From Lama guanicoe (taxonomy: Eukaryota), in the NCBI GenBank assembly GCA_013239625.1, contig MU053934.1:1667031-1731030 (forward strand): a DNA stretch of 64,000 nt, written 5' to 3'. The position numbers and the translations under genes were made by a program. Under the pieces are notes generated by a model. The model saw only the letters and a program-made list of their open reading frames with translations. It was not told the origin of the DNA and ran no database searches. Within the stretch, counting starts at the first letter, position 1; each line of letters begins with the position of its first letter. This document shows, piece by piece, positions 1-11,599 of the stretch.

Positions 1-261
1 TGCTTGAGCGGAGAGTGTGCAGGTGAGTGAATGAACGAATGACTTACAAGGGTGGGAGTGAATGAATGTGTGCATTTGCAGAAGCCCACTGTCCTCTTTC
101 CAAAACCCCTCTTCCCTCCATGTTCTACCCCAAACCTGGTCGTTTCACCCCACCATTGCCCCGGGCCCCTCCCCTGCCCACCATGCAGCCATCTTAGGTC
201 CCCAGTAGACAGAACCCCACCTCACCTGCAGCCCACTGGCATCCTCAGGATGCGCTAGGGG

Positions 262-370
262 GTTGCCTTGGCAACCATAAGTTTCCAATTGAAGCAAAAA
301 CTTCCTACCACAGTTTGCGATGGAGAATGACAGGGGAAGAAGTGATGGTGGAGCAGGTTGCCACGGCAAC
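262..370. promoter_or_regulatory. Pair of palindromic RFX X-box motifs (262-275 and 357-370)
   Basis: GTTGCCTTGGCAAC and GTTGCCACGGCAAC both match the X-box consensus GTNRCC(N0-3)RGYAAC. Confidence 0.6.
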
Positions 371-1559
371 CAGAATATTTAAGTCAGACACCACTGTGGG
401 TCTCAGTGTGGGGAGATTACCACCCTTAGCAAGTCAAACAGACTCGGCCTCTCTGCCAGGCAGCTCCTCCAACACCATGCTGTGCATTTGTGGGCAAGGT
501 GGCAGCCGGGCCTGCCTCGAAGGGCCAAGATGATTACTCTCCAGCCTTCGGTTTTCTCCGACAGGGATAAACCCCAGGTGGCTTTGAGCAGGGCAGGCTC
601 AGGTGGACGGAGCTCCTGGAGCATGACTTTTGTGTCCTCAGTCATCTCCATATTGGGTTGTGCTTTTTCGTCACCATCTCACCGCTGCCCTCCTTCGTTA
701 ACTGGTCTGTCCTTTGCCCCCCAGGCAGAAGCAGACAAGGGCTCTCAGTACAGAGAAATGTGTCCCTGGCTGTGTCAGCAGCAGCTTCTGTGTGGGTTAA
801 AAGAATGAGCATCTCTCTAGGGAGAAGGAGGGAGAAACTGAGGCTGGCAGGTGGCGAGGAGCGGCCACCTTCTGATCCGTGAATAGATGAGGCCACTTGA
901 AGGCAATCAGGCCCTTTGGCCTCCTCCGGGGACTGTCTGAGCCCCACCTGGGTCCGCTTTCTGTCCTGTAAGGCAGTCGGGGTGAGGCTGGCTTGGCAGG
1001 GATGGGGCCCACAGCCCTGGCTGCCTCAGCCCTGGCCTCTGCTCCAGTGCTGTCCTCTAACCCTTGCGGGAAACTTGCTTGGACTGAGATGGGGGTTGAA
1101 CCCAGGGCCTGCTGTACGTACTCACTGGGTGGGATGCACATATCGCCCCGTCCTGCCCTCCTCCATGGTCCCCTTAACTATGGACGTCCCAGTGCCTCTG
1201 CCCTGATCTCCCAAATGCCTTCGGCTCCGTCCTCCAGGACTTTGCACCTGTGGAGCCCCTGCCCAGATCACGGTCCCTCTAAACACCTCACTCCCCTCCA
1301 CCTCTCACGCCCTGGCCTGGATCACACCACACCCCCTTCTCCAGTTTCTTCTGGATCACACCACAGCCCCTTCTCCAGTATCTTCGTTGCTGGCGTCACA
1401 CTGAATCAGGTCTGTCTCCAGGCGAAGGGAACTCGGTCTCACTCATCTGCCCCTTCCTGCCTAGAGGGCATCAGGGCGGGGCCCAGTGGGCACGTGCTGG
1501 AGGAGAGGGCAGGTGGCTGCCTCAGGGGCTCCCCGGGAGAAGTGACACTAAGAATCACA

Positions 1560-2045
1560 CTTGCTTCCACGTGGGAATGCCTGGCACCGGGCCGGGTGTC
1601 CATGACGACAATTGTCGCTCTCAACTTCCTGTGCAAAATGAAGAAGAAATGTCCAGGAGCAGAAGCCCAGCCCTCCCCCCATTTTCCAGCTGGTGCTTCC
1701 CCCTCCATGTGGGTTTCTGTTCAAGAACCACCTTTGCCCACCCTCCGGGCTGAGACCGCGGGGCCGGCGCGGCCAGCTCGCTTGAAAACAGGCCAGTTTT
1801 TAAACAGTTCTGCCACTTGTGGACTTCTCTCTCCTTCAGACATATATACATGTGGTTTCTCCTCTTCTCACCTCCTCCTCCACCTCCCCTACCTCCCTCT
1901 GCCTCACCCTCCAAGCCTGAGCCATGTTCTTCAGGACCTCACTTCACCCCTGGACCGGGCCTCCCACAGCTCTCCATGGGTAAATATTTACATCTCGAGG
2001 GTGTTCTGGAGAATGTAATTGCCTTCTGTTAAACAAACAGTGACA
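1560..2045. promoter_or_regulatory. Candidate enhancer (E-box/RBPJ/TEAD/SOX/ETS/FOX motif cluster)
   Basis: CACGTG 1568, CGTGGGAA 1570, GGAATG 1574, CGACAATTGTCG 1606-1617, ACTTCCTG 1624, CpG cluster ~1745-1785, GTAAATATTTAC 1980-1991; no repeat recognised. Confidence 0.4.
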
Positions 2046-3349
2046 CTGAAGGAAAAGGGTCCCCTTCTCCCCCGGGATCTTAGGAGATGCCTGCCCAAGA
2101 CCATACTGTCTCCAAGGCTCCTTTCCCATCCACCTGCTCCTCACAAGGAGGCCTTGGTGTCGTGACTCCTGCTGAGCTCAGAGAAGCTGAGCAAACTGGC
2201 CAGAGCAGCACAGTAGCCATGACGGAGACAGCGAGCCTGAGGAACGTGCACAATTCATGAGCAGGTGTTGGGTGCAGAAGGAGACACGCATCAGTGGCTC
2301 TGGGTTCTTTTATCAGCCCAGGCAGTCTGCCCACCCCTCTCATGTTCCACAGGGGAATGGTGGCCACCCTCTCCCGATGGCAGCTCATTCTAGGGGCTCA
2401 GTAGGGGAGGGAGAGGACAATGCCAGGGTACTGGGGAGATCTGGGGAGTGGGGCTTGGTGGTACCTCTTGAACCAGGATTCTGTCTTAACAGGACAGTCT
2501 ATCCAGCACAGGCACTTGGCTGAGGGAGACCATGGTATGGGCGGCAGGCGGCCAGGAAAGGCCTAGGAGCTCTGACTCTAAGCCAAGTGTGTCAACCCTG
2601 CTCTTTCTTTGTGCCCCAAATCCTATTGTAGATGCACCAGAGAAGCTGTCTCCTTTGACTGATTCTTACACGAAAGGGAGGTTCAGATGCTCTCTTTGGA
2701 ACACGGAAAATCGGAGGCAGGCAGCCAAAGGCTGAGCTCTTATTGTGCCCTCATCTTGTCCTGTGACCAGGAGACAGGCCAGCACTTGCCTTCTCAGAGC
2801 CTCGGTATTCTTGTCTGTACGATGGGGTGACGATCCTGTAACTGTGTTCCGCGTGGTCCAGTCTTGGCTTGGTGACACATGCAAGGAACAGTCTAGCAAC
2901 CAGGAAATAGTCAGAGGAACCTCAGGTCTTTATTTCTTGCCTTTCTAGGAAGTCCCAACGTTGGCAGGAGGGTTGGGGTCAGGGAGAAGTTTGTTCATAA
3001 TTTAGAGCAGCATTTAGAAATTCTCTCTCCCCAACTCTCTCTCTCTCTCAATATTCTTCACATAGACTGTGGCTGCCTCTCTCCCCTGCTCTCATCTTCT
3101 GACCCTGCTAAGTCCCCAGACTCCGAGCCCAAACTGCTCAGTGCCTCTCTCCCCACCGCCCCCACCCTGCCCTTGTCCCTTTGCTTGGATTGTAACATGT
3201 TGATCCAAACCAGTCTGTCCCGTAAGTTGCAACCCCCAGAGAACCAGCAGGGATGGAGGGAGAGGATGAGGGGTCCCACATTCACACCGCCTTGTCCCTG
3301 TTACTTGCTGACAGGTCACCATGCTGAGAGCTAACATATGCGGTGTGTG

Positions 3350-3505
3350 TGTCAGGCGCTGTGCAAATGTAACTCACAATGACCCTGGGGGGACGGGATG
3401 CGATGGTCCCTGTCATACAGCTGAAGAATCCAAGGCCCTGGGAGGTTAACTTGCCCAAGGCCTCACAACTAGTGGGTTAGCAGGGCCAGGTTCAAGCTCA
3501 GAGCC
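3350..3505 (-). mobile_element. MIR SINE remnant
   Basis: GAGGTTAACTTGCCCAAGGCCTCACAACTAG resembles the reverse-complement MIR core. Confidence 0.65.
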
Positions 3506-4077
3506 CACGCTCATAACCATCGTATCATGCTGGTGCCCACCCCTCAGAGACCACAGAGTCCACGGGCCCCACGGAGGTGTGTTCAGAGGCTCAGCCAGTG
3601 CTTGGCGTGTGGTGTGCAATAGAACTTCACTCACCACCTAAGTGAATGAAGCACTTTATGAAACACGGGGTGGGTTTTTTCGGGTGATGTCTTTGAAACG
3701 CTCGACTTCCCTATGCACTGTTTTTGTCCTTAAAGCACGAGACACCCAGAGGCAAGGCGTGGACTCTGATCGGGTGGGCCAAGCCTGGGTGCCAAGGTCT
3801 TCGTCAGCAAGGGGCTCCTGTAGACCCTGAGCCGGGCCGCAGACCGCCCCCCACACCCCATCTGCAGAAGGCGGTCTCAGTCAGGGTTTGGAGGACTGAC
3901 AGCAGAGGCCTGTGACGGAGCCCTGCCTTGGCCTCCTTCCAGCTGTGTCATTTCGGACAAGCTCCTTGATGTTTCTGAGCCTAAATTTTGTCTTCTGGTT
4001 GTTCACGCTGCCTTGCCAGGCTGCTGCAAGGTTTGGGGCTCACAGCCGCAGCGTCCAAAACCAGCCTCTGCACAGCC

Positions 4078-4259
4078 CAGGCGTTCTGGGCTTGTGCCCT
4101 CTTGACGCTTGGGGCTGGACCATCCCCCGTTGTGGGGACGGGCCTGTGCATCGTGGGGTGTTTAGCCTCCACTCACTAGATGCCAGCAGCGCCGTCCAGC
4201 TGTGACAACCAAACATGTCTCCAGACATCGACAAAATCACCCATGGTCAAGGACCACTG
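4078..4259 (-). mobile_element. MER20 (hAT-Charlie non-autonomous DNA transposon)
   Basis: CACTAGATGCCAGCAGC...TGTGACAACCAAACATGTCTCCAGACAT...GGACCACTG matches the reverse complement of the MER20 consensus. Confidence 0.85.
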
Positions 4260-4337
4260 GAATAATCATAGCTACCGTTATCACTAATAATAAGAAAGGT
4301 TTTTTTTTTTTTAAAGGCCATGAAGAAGGCAGGCCCC

Positions 4338-4789
4338 AATGCTGCTATCACAAATGACTACTGACTTAGACCAGACACATCTGTTATCTTACAATTCTGT
4401 AGATGAGAGGGCTCACATGGCTGTTTGGGGGCTAAAATGTGGGCAGGGAGGTTCTATGGGAGGTCTGTGTCCTTACCTTTCCAGCTGCCCGCATGCCTTG
4501 ACTCGTGGCCCCTTCCATCTTCAGTGCCAGCAATGGCAGTCGAGTCCTCACGGTGCATCACTCTGATCTCTTCTGCCTCCTCCTTCTGCAATTAAGACCC
4601 CTTGTGATTATATTGGGCCCACCCACGTAACCCAGGACCATTTCCCTATTTTAAGATCAGCTGATTAGCAACCTTAATTCCATAGACAACTGTAATTCCC
4701 CTTTGCCGGCACATGTAACATAATCCATTTCCAGGTTCCAGGGATTAAGATGTGGATTTCTTAGGGGAGCCATTATTTTGCCTGCTACA
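4338..4789 (-). mobile_element. MaLR solo LTR, MLT1D/E-like
   Basis: CCCTTGTGATTATATTGGGCCCACCC...CAGCTGATTAGCAACCTTAATTCC...CCATTATTTTGCCTGCTACA is the reverse complement of the MLT1D/E 5' end. Confidence 0.85.
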
Positions 4790-4859
4790 CGTGGGCTTCT
4801 GAGGGGTAAGGGGCTATTGTAAGCATGTGCAGCTGGGGGACTGGCAGAAGAGCCAATTT

Positions 4860-5130
4860 GGGGCTGAGGGACTGTGGGGTTAGCGGGAAGGAGAGATCAG
4901 ACTATATAGGTGACGGAGTCAGGTGCTTCAGAGGCACTTTGCGCCTGGCTGGGGATTTCTGACTTGGTTCTTAGAAGTGATGGGGAGCCACAGCAGGTTC
5001 TTGAGTGAGGCTAGGACAGAAACACTTACAAGCTTTTGTGGAAAAAGTACTTCTGCAAATGGGTCAAGGATGAAGTTGAGTGGAGGGAGGTATGAGGCAG
5101 GAGAGCCAGCTAGGTGAGATGGCAGGGGTT
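4860..5130 (-). mobile_element. L2 LINE internal remnant
   Basis: GATGGGGAGCCACAGCAGGTTCTTGAG...GAGGCAGGAGAGCCAGCTAGG is typical of antisense L2. Confidence 0.6.
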
Positions 5131-5443
5131 GGGGAGGGGTGGAGGAGTTGGAGGAGGGGACAAATGGAAGACACCAAAGCCACAGGCTGCAGTGGGACAG
5201 AGCAAGGGCTTTGTGGTTGATGCAGGTTGGAAGCTCACTCCTGCTTCTTAGCTGTGTGCGTGGGACTCACTGAGCTTCAATTTTTTGAATCCCTAGTGGG
5301 AACTGAGACAGTGGGTAGGAGAACCTGCTCGGTCACTCTGCTTTCTTCCCGGCCCATTGACAGCCCCGGTGCTCACATGGTCCTTGGCATCTTCAGATGC
5401 GTTGACATCTCCACTCTTACACCCAGAGTGTCACTGATTGTGG

Positions 5444-5462
5444 TTGCCAGCAGGGGGCAGGG
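5444..5462 (+). promoter_or_regulatory. CTCF core motif
   Basis: TTGCCAGCAGGGGGCAGGG contains CCAGCAGGGGGCAG, which matches the CTCF consensus CCASYAGRKGGCRS. Confidence 0.5.
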
Positions 5463-6199
5463 GAGGGGTAATGGAGGCTGTGACGATGACAGTTCAGTGT
5501 TCCAGGACCCTGGTGGGTGCCGTTTACTGTCGCTCTCTCCAGGACTCTCCCAGGCCCCAGAAAGGAGAGGGTGGTTCCCCGTCCCCCGGGACAGCTTTAA
5601 GGAGTTTAAGAACTCCTTGCCCCGCACAGGGAGGGCTGGTGCCTAGGTCTCTGTGCATGCCAACTTCCTCATTCGTGTTCTCAGTGGGCTCTCAGCTGGG
5701 TTCCTTTCAACTGTCAGCTCCCAGGGTGCAGAAAATGGGATTCAATTACAGCAACTTCTGGGGAGCATCCGGCTGGTGTAGAGAGAGGTCCTCCACCCAC
5801 CTCTCAGCAGAGGATCCAGAAGAGAGAAGGGAGGCCCAGGGAGGTCAGTAACTGGCTCAGGGTCACACAGCCAGGAAGGTGCAGGGCAAGACCCCACCCC
5901 AGGTCTGTGCGCCCCTCAAACTCTCCACTCTCTGCATCACGCTGCCTGGGACTTCAGGTCAGGGTGGAAGACAAGAGTCCCTGAGGGTCAAACATCGGGG
6001 AGAAAGGAAAGGATTGGAAGACTCGGAGGCTCCCCAGATAGAAAGAGGTATAAAAGTACTGGCCCTGGCCAGGCAGGCAGCCTCTGGCTCCTCCCCAGAC
6101 AGCTCACAATCTGCCAGACGCCGGTGACCGCCCTCAACTCTGGGAAAATGAACTTCCCGAGTCCCAGAGCCACTAGAGGGAACACCACTAACACCGTGC

Positions 6200-6320
6200 C
6201 TTGGTGTCTTTCATGTTTCAGTGATTTGCACACAGCGTTTCTCCAGATGCTCCCAAATCCTGTGGTGAGGTGTTGTTGCTCCAGTTCACAGATGGGGAAA
6301 CTGAGGTTCAGAAAAAGATT
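6200..6320 (-). mobile_element. MIR SINE remnant
   Basis: CACAGATGGGGAAACTGAGGTTCAG MIR core. Confidence 0.7.
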
Positions 6321-6459
6321 CAGCGAAGGACTAGATACCAAACCCTGTGCACAGAGCCATACACCTCAGATTCCTCTCTCATTTAGTTCCTACAGCACCC
6401 TCTGGGAGGTAGGAATAGTAATTCCCCATTTTGTGGGTGAGAGAATAGGCTGGCCCATC

Positions 6460-6760
6460 AGAATGTCCCCTGTCCCCTGAGTCAGAGCTCAGGAATGGAC
6501 AGATGTCTTAGCTGGTTCAAGTGGAACCCTCCCTGGTGATTTTTGTGACACTTTTTGGCAGCTTGTGGGCCTCATACTTGATGTATGAGGACAGTTTCTT
6601 TACAAGATGAAAAGAGAAATAGAGCTCTGATGGTGTCATCTGAGAACCCTTGAATCAGCCAGACCTGAAGCCCACACCTCACTCTTCAGCTCTATCCTTA
6701 AACAATCAATTCTCTTCGGTTAAAGTGAGGTTCTGTCTGTTACAGGCCAGAGTCCTGAGA
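6460..6760 (+). mobile_element. Old MaLR LTR remnant (MLT1K/L-like)
   Basis: TGAGAACCCTTGAATCAGCCAGACCTGAAGCC...TTCTGTCTGTTACAGGCCAGAGTCCTGA resembles old MLT1 3' ends. Confidence 0.55.
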
Positions 6761-7249
6761 CGACAGGAGGTCAGGGAGGAAGGGAAGGGGCAGGAGGGCA
6801 GGAGGATGACCGCAGGGCAGGCGGGCAGGCTGAGAAGTGTCCTTGCGCTGGGTCTACCCCTGCAGATGCGCCGGGAGGGAAGGAAGGGAGGGTACTAGCC
6901 GGGCCTTCGTGTTTAGAGGCGGTATAAGGGACTTTTTGCTCTCCAAGGCTGATGAAGAGAGTTTGTCGCACAAGGTGGTTGCCCTGAAGGCCTTGTTGTC
7001 CGAAGGTCTAGGGATTGAGTAAGACTGTCCAGGGGGATGTGCACCCGACTTCGGGGCTGGAAGGGCAGAGGGGCTGTGGGGCCCCTCAGGCCTTGGGCCT
7101 TAAGCCCGGCACCCCCAAGGGTTAGGATCTAGGATGGGGGTGACTGGGCTTTGGGACGTCTAGGCCTGAGCTGGTCCTCCCACGGCCACCCCTGGTGGCC
7201 AGGCTGGAAGGTATTGGTGGAGGGACCCACTGTCCTGCATAAAAAGCCA

Positions 7250-7639
7250 CTGTGCTCGGGCCGCTGTAACCAAGTACGCCAGACCCGGGGGGCTGAAACA
7301 GCAGAAATTTATTTTTCATAGCTCTGGGGGCTAGAAGCCTGCGATCAAGGGGCTGGCCGGGTTGGTTTCTTCTGAGGCCTCGCTCCTTGGCTTGTAGACG
7401 GCCGCCTTCTCGCTGTGTCCTTGCCCGGCCTTTCCTCTGTGCCAGGGTGCATCTGTGTCCAAGTCTCCTCCTCTTATGAGCACACCAGTCACGCTGGATC
7501 AGGGCCTGCCCTGAAGACCTCATTTTCACTTTAACTACCTCTGTAAAGGCCTATCTCCAAGTGCAACCACATTCTGAGGTCCTGGGGGTTAGGACTTCAA
7601 CCCATGAATTTCAGGGGAGCACGATTCAGTCACAGTAGC
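7250..7639 (-). mobile_element. MaLR solo LTR, MLT1B-like
   Basis: CAGAAATTTATTTTTCATAGCTCTGGGGGCTAGAAG...CACATTCTGAGGTCCTGGGGGTTAGGACTTCAAC matches antisense MLT1A/B. Confidence 0.9.
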
Positions 7640-7809
7640 TGTGTAGTGGCAACCATTGCAGCTGAGGCGAGTGCCACCACCATTTCCCAGGGACCAGGAG
7701 ACCTTGGGGTTCTGTGGCATCCATGGGAAGGAGAAGGAACAGAAGATGCTGCTCCAAGGACTTCCTGTCAATCTCGGGGGCGGGTTGAGCTGGATTTAAT
7801 TCCATTTGC

Positions 7810-7995
7810 TTATTATTATAGGCATTTAAATTTACCCTTTGAATAGATAATATGGGCGCATGGAACAGAATTCAGAAGTTCAGGAGTATTCAGAGAAAAA
7901 TATTCCTCCTTCCCACCCTTGTGCCTGGGGTCACCCAGTTGCCCTCCTCACTGCCAACTGTGACCAGTTCCTTGGATCTCCTTGCAGAGTCTGTG
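7810..7995 (-). mobile_element. Ancient L1 (L1ME-like) 3' fragment
   Basis: AT-rich start then CCTCCTTCCCACCC...ACTGTGACCAGTTCCTTGGATCTCCTTGCAGAG, typical of antisense L1ME 3' UTR. Confidence 0.6.
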
Positions 7996-8947
7996 CCTCA
8001 GACCAGAGCATTTCAGCGTGGGCTGCACACTAATGTCTCCTGGGGAGTTTAAGGGTCCTGATGGCCAGGCCCCATCCCATGTCAATGAGACCGGAGTCTC
8101 TTGGGGCAGACCCAGCACTGGTCTATGGAGAAGCCATGGAGATGCCTCCACTGATTCCTCTGCAGGAACGGCTCTGCCTGCATCCTGGCTCCCCGGGCAC
8201 CTGCATCTCAGTCTGGGGAGAGGAAGAGGGAGGAAAGGAGGATGGTGAGGCTGCCTGGATACCAGACTCTTGTACACATGCTCTAGTTTCCTTTTTGTGA
8301 CACCCCTGCCAGGTGGTATCATTGTCATCCTGGGATGACAGGTGAGGATCCTGACCCTAGGAGCCAGGGATGGGGGAGAAAGATCCAGGTTCAGGGAGGC
8401 AGTGCTGGCGTCTTCCTTCTTGGGGCCAGGCTGATGGAAGGATAATAATAAAACCACCCCTCAGAGATGTATTGAGACTGAGCTGCGGTAATGGAGAGCA
8501 AAAGGGCTCAGGAATCAGCCAGGCAGGCTCTTATCCACATCAAGCTCATCAAAGTGCTGAGAAGGGACCAGGGAGCATCATTGCCAATTTGTCTTTCCTT
8601 TGATCAAGTTCTTCCCTCTGCCTCCAGCTTTTCTATCGCCCCCACCCACTCTCTCCTCTACCTGCTGAAGACTTTCTCTCTGCTTCCCCAGACTTTCATT
8701 CTGTGAAGCTCTGCCCCCACCTCACCCCCTGCGCCCAGGTCCTCCCTCATCTTGCCTTTATCCTCTGTTGGATCCTGTTCTTTAGTCTGCCACTCTGTCC
8801 CTGTCTGGGGGCCTCAGACCCACTGATTATAGGGACCGAGTTTCCTGAAAAGACCAGTAGAGGGGATATCACAAGCTCTTAGCCCTGAATAGCAGGTGGA
8901 GAGGAGGCAAATGGTCTCCCTCAGCCTCAGCACCAGCCTTTGCCGAG

Positions 8948-9190
8948 CATCATTTATCCCATTCATCCGTCCATCTATCCATCCAGGCACCCACCCATCC
9001 ACCCACTCACCATTTATCCATCCTTCCACGCATCATCTATCCATCCGCACTTGCCCTGGAGATACAGCTGTAAACAAGAGAAACCCATCCCCTCTCCTCA
9101 TCCATCTGGAAGACAGTCATTAAATAATTGAATTAAACAAAATGCTGTAGAATGATGCTGTGCTCTGGAGAAGGCAACCTTTTGAAGTAA
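8948..9190 (-). mobile_element. (CATC)n degenerate tetranucleotide array running into an L2 3' remnant
   Basis: CATCCATCTATCCATCC... 8948-9045 followed by GGAGATACAGCTGTAAACAAGAGAAACCCATCCCCT (antisense L2). Confidence 0.65.
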
Positions 9191-9649
9191 TGCTCATGGT
9201 CAAGAAGAAGACAGACTCTGTTTTAGTACAGTAAGACCCTCATGACTGAGCAGCAAGTCTGGCTGTCTTTGGGGGAAACCACCCTCAAGGTGACCTTGGT
9301 GTTGGCCTTGCCTCCCTGCCCCCTTCCGCACCCCCCTCCTCTCTTCTCCCACCCGCAGGTCCTGAAGTTTCCCAGCCCTCCCTTCCCCCACCCCTCCAGC
9401 AGCAGAAGAAATTGAGGGAGAGGCTGAACACTCAGGGGGCTCCAAAAAGCTGATGATGCTGGATGGTCATTGCAGGAGGTGAGACCTTGGACTAAATTGC
9501 ACCTTCCCACAGGACTGCCCTAGGGACTGCCCATCCTGCCAGTCAGCTCTTAGAAGAAGGTGCCTGGGGCCACAGTAGACCACCAGGGACAGTGATGGCT
9601 CTGAGTGTAGTCTTTGGGGAGAGGAGTGAGATAGTGGCTCTTTAGGGGG

Positions 9650-9830
9650 AAAAGAGAATAGTGGCTGAAAGCTGAATCTTGGGGCCAGTATTTTGGGGTT
9701 TGACTCCTAACACTGCCTCTTTGTGAGCTGTGTGACTTTTGGCAAGTTAATTGACCTCTCTGTGCATCATTTTTCTCATCTAGAAAATCAAGGTAGCTGT
9801 GAGGATAAATGGATAATGCAGGCCAGGGGC
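9650..9830 (+). mobile_element. MIR SINE
   Basis: GCTGTGTGACTTTTGGCAAGTTAATTGACCTCTCTGTGCATCATTTTTCTCATCT MIR core. Confidence 0.8.
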
Positions 9831-10249
9831 TCAGCCTTGTCATTATTCATGTTTTCAGCTGGGAGACCGTGGGCAGGTTCCTTAGTTCCTCCAAGCCCCC
9901 ATTTGGTCTCACATGAGACGAGAATAAACCTAGCATGCACCTCACTTGTGGAAAAGGCTCAGCCAGGCGGGGAGCCCCAAGAAGCCAGAGGGATGGATGC
10001 CCCTGGGCAAAGGCATATGTTCTGGGAGTGTTTGGGAGGCTGAGCCGGCGGGATGTGCATGGGCTGGCTGAGGTGGCGGAGGGAGGGGACAGGCTCTCTC
10101 CCACTGTGCTGTGTCCTCCCTGCTGGCCTGGCCTGAGTGGTGGCACCCCAGGAGCTGTGGGTGTCCAGGGTGGCCAGCGCCCTCCTGGGCTTCACCTGTG
10201 CCTTAGACAGCAAATCTCCAGGAGAGGGGTCTTTCTCTTTCTTTATTTT

Positions 10250-10432
10250 AATCATATGCTTATTTCTTTGTTTATATTTACATATGATTTTTAGTTAGGT
10301 TTCTTGAGGTGTAACCTACCAGCGTCAAGTCCAGCATTTTAGTGCACAGTTCTACGAGTTTTGACAAACGCATGCAGTTGTGAAACCACAACAGTCAAGA
10401 CACAACAGTTCCATCACCTCCTAAATTCTTTC
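10250..10432 (-). mobile_element. L1M (L1MB/MC-like) 3' end fragment
   Basis: AGTGCACAGTTCTACGAGTTTTGACAAACGCATGCAGTTGTGAAACCAC...CAGTTCCATCACC. Confidence 0.75.
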
Positions 10433-11029
10433 TACTCCACATACGGCACTTAAGAAGCAGGCTGCTCACCCTTGGCAAAGGGAGGACAGAGTGGATTTGG
10501 GAGCTGTGCCCCTTGGGCTGAGAGCACTGGGTGAGGAGGAACTGGCAGGCCAAGGACAGGTTGTGCTGGGAGGAGGAAGCGAATATTCCAGGCCTGGGTA
10601 GCAGCATAAGGCTGGCTCCGTTCTGAACAGCTGACTCTCCCGCTGCCTGGATGGGGGGCAGGCGGGGCCTGCAGCCTCCTTGGGGTCCACGGACTGGGCT
10701 GGCCTCCATGCATTCCTGGCCCTGGTCTTGTTGCCTCTCTGAACACGGCCTTCAGACATCTAGGGATACTGTGCAGAGCCAGGGACGGCTTTGGGGTGCT
10801 GTTGACTGTGCTGGCTAAGGAACTCAGCATCTGCCCTGCCCAGTGGCCCCAGGAGGCGCCGGTGAGCGCTGTTTGTGTCTGAGGGAGCAGGAGGGGTGGC
10901 AGCAGCTCCCATCAGAGGGTGCCCCCACCAGACCTCCCCAACTCCCCTGTCATGGGCCTGACCGCTGCCACTAGAGTCATATCTTGGTATCAGATGTGTC
11001 CAGGGTAAAGGCATTTAGTGGATTGGCTA

Positions 11030-11280
11030 CACATGTGACAAGTACTTGTTGGACTCTGGGGCCAGAACGTCTTAGGTTCAAATCCCTACTGACTGGCTCC
11101 GTGGCTTTGGGAAAATTGTTTAACCTCTCTGGGCCTCAATTTTCTCATTTATATAAAATAGGGATAGTAATAATAATAATACTGAACTCACAGAGCTGTG
11201 AGAGTTGAATGAGAAAACAGACATAAAACACTTAAGACAGTGCCTGGTCCGTGGTAAGTGTTAGCTGCAATTATTGTTAT
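11030..11280 (+). mobile_element. Near full-length MIR SINE
   Basis: tRNA-like head, core AACCTCTCTGGGCCTCAATTTTCTCATT and tail CAGTGCCTGG...TTATTGTTAT. Confidence 0.85.
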
Positions 11281-11283
11281 GGC

Positions 11284-11467
11284 TTTTTTAAAATTGAAGT
11301 ACAGATGATTTACAATGTTGTGTTTGTTTCAGGCATACAGCGCAGTGATTCAGTTATACACATACATATATATATTATTTTTCATATTCTTTTTCATAAC
11401 AGGTTATTACAAGCTATTGAATATAGTTCCTGGTGCTATACAGTAAGACTTTATCTATTTTATATAT
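11284..11467 (-). mobile_element. Lineage-type (cetartiodactyl-like) L1 3' end fragment
   Basis: TTTTTTAAAATTGAAGTACAGATGATTTACAATGTTGTG...GTGATTCAGTTATACA...ATTGAATATAGTTCC; same family as 37218 and 41149. Confidence 0.85.
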
Positions 11468-11599
11468 TGCTACTGCTATTTTTATTATTATGTTAGGTGG
11501 AGAGAATGCCACATTCTGGTTCCAACTGTGTGATCCTGGATGGCTCATGGCCCCTCTTCAAGCCTTGGTTCCTGCAGATTAGGCAATGGCCAACAGTAG

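Noticed and set aside
993..2018. 341-aa ORF (longest in the track)
   Set aside because: Pro/Ser/Leu-rich with no recognisable domain; it runs through low-complexity C-rich tracts and is expected by chance in GC-rich DNA.
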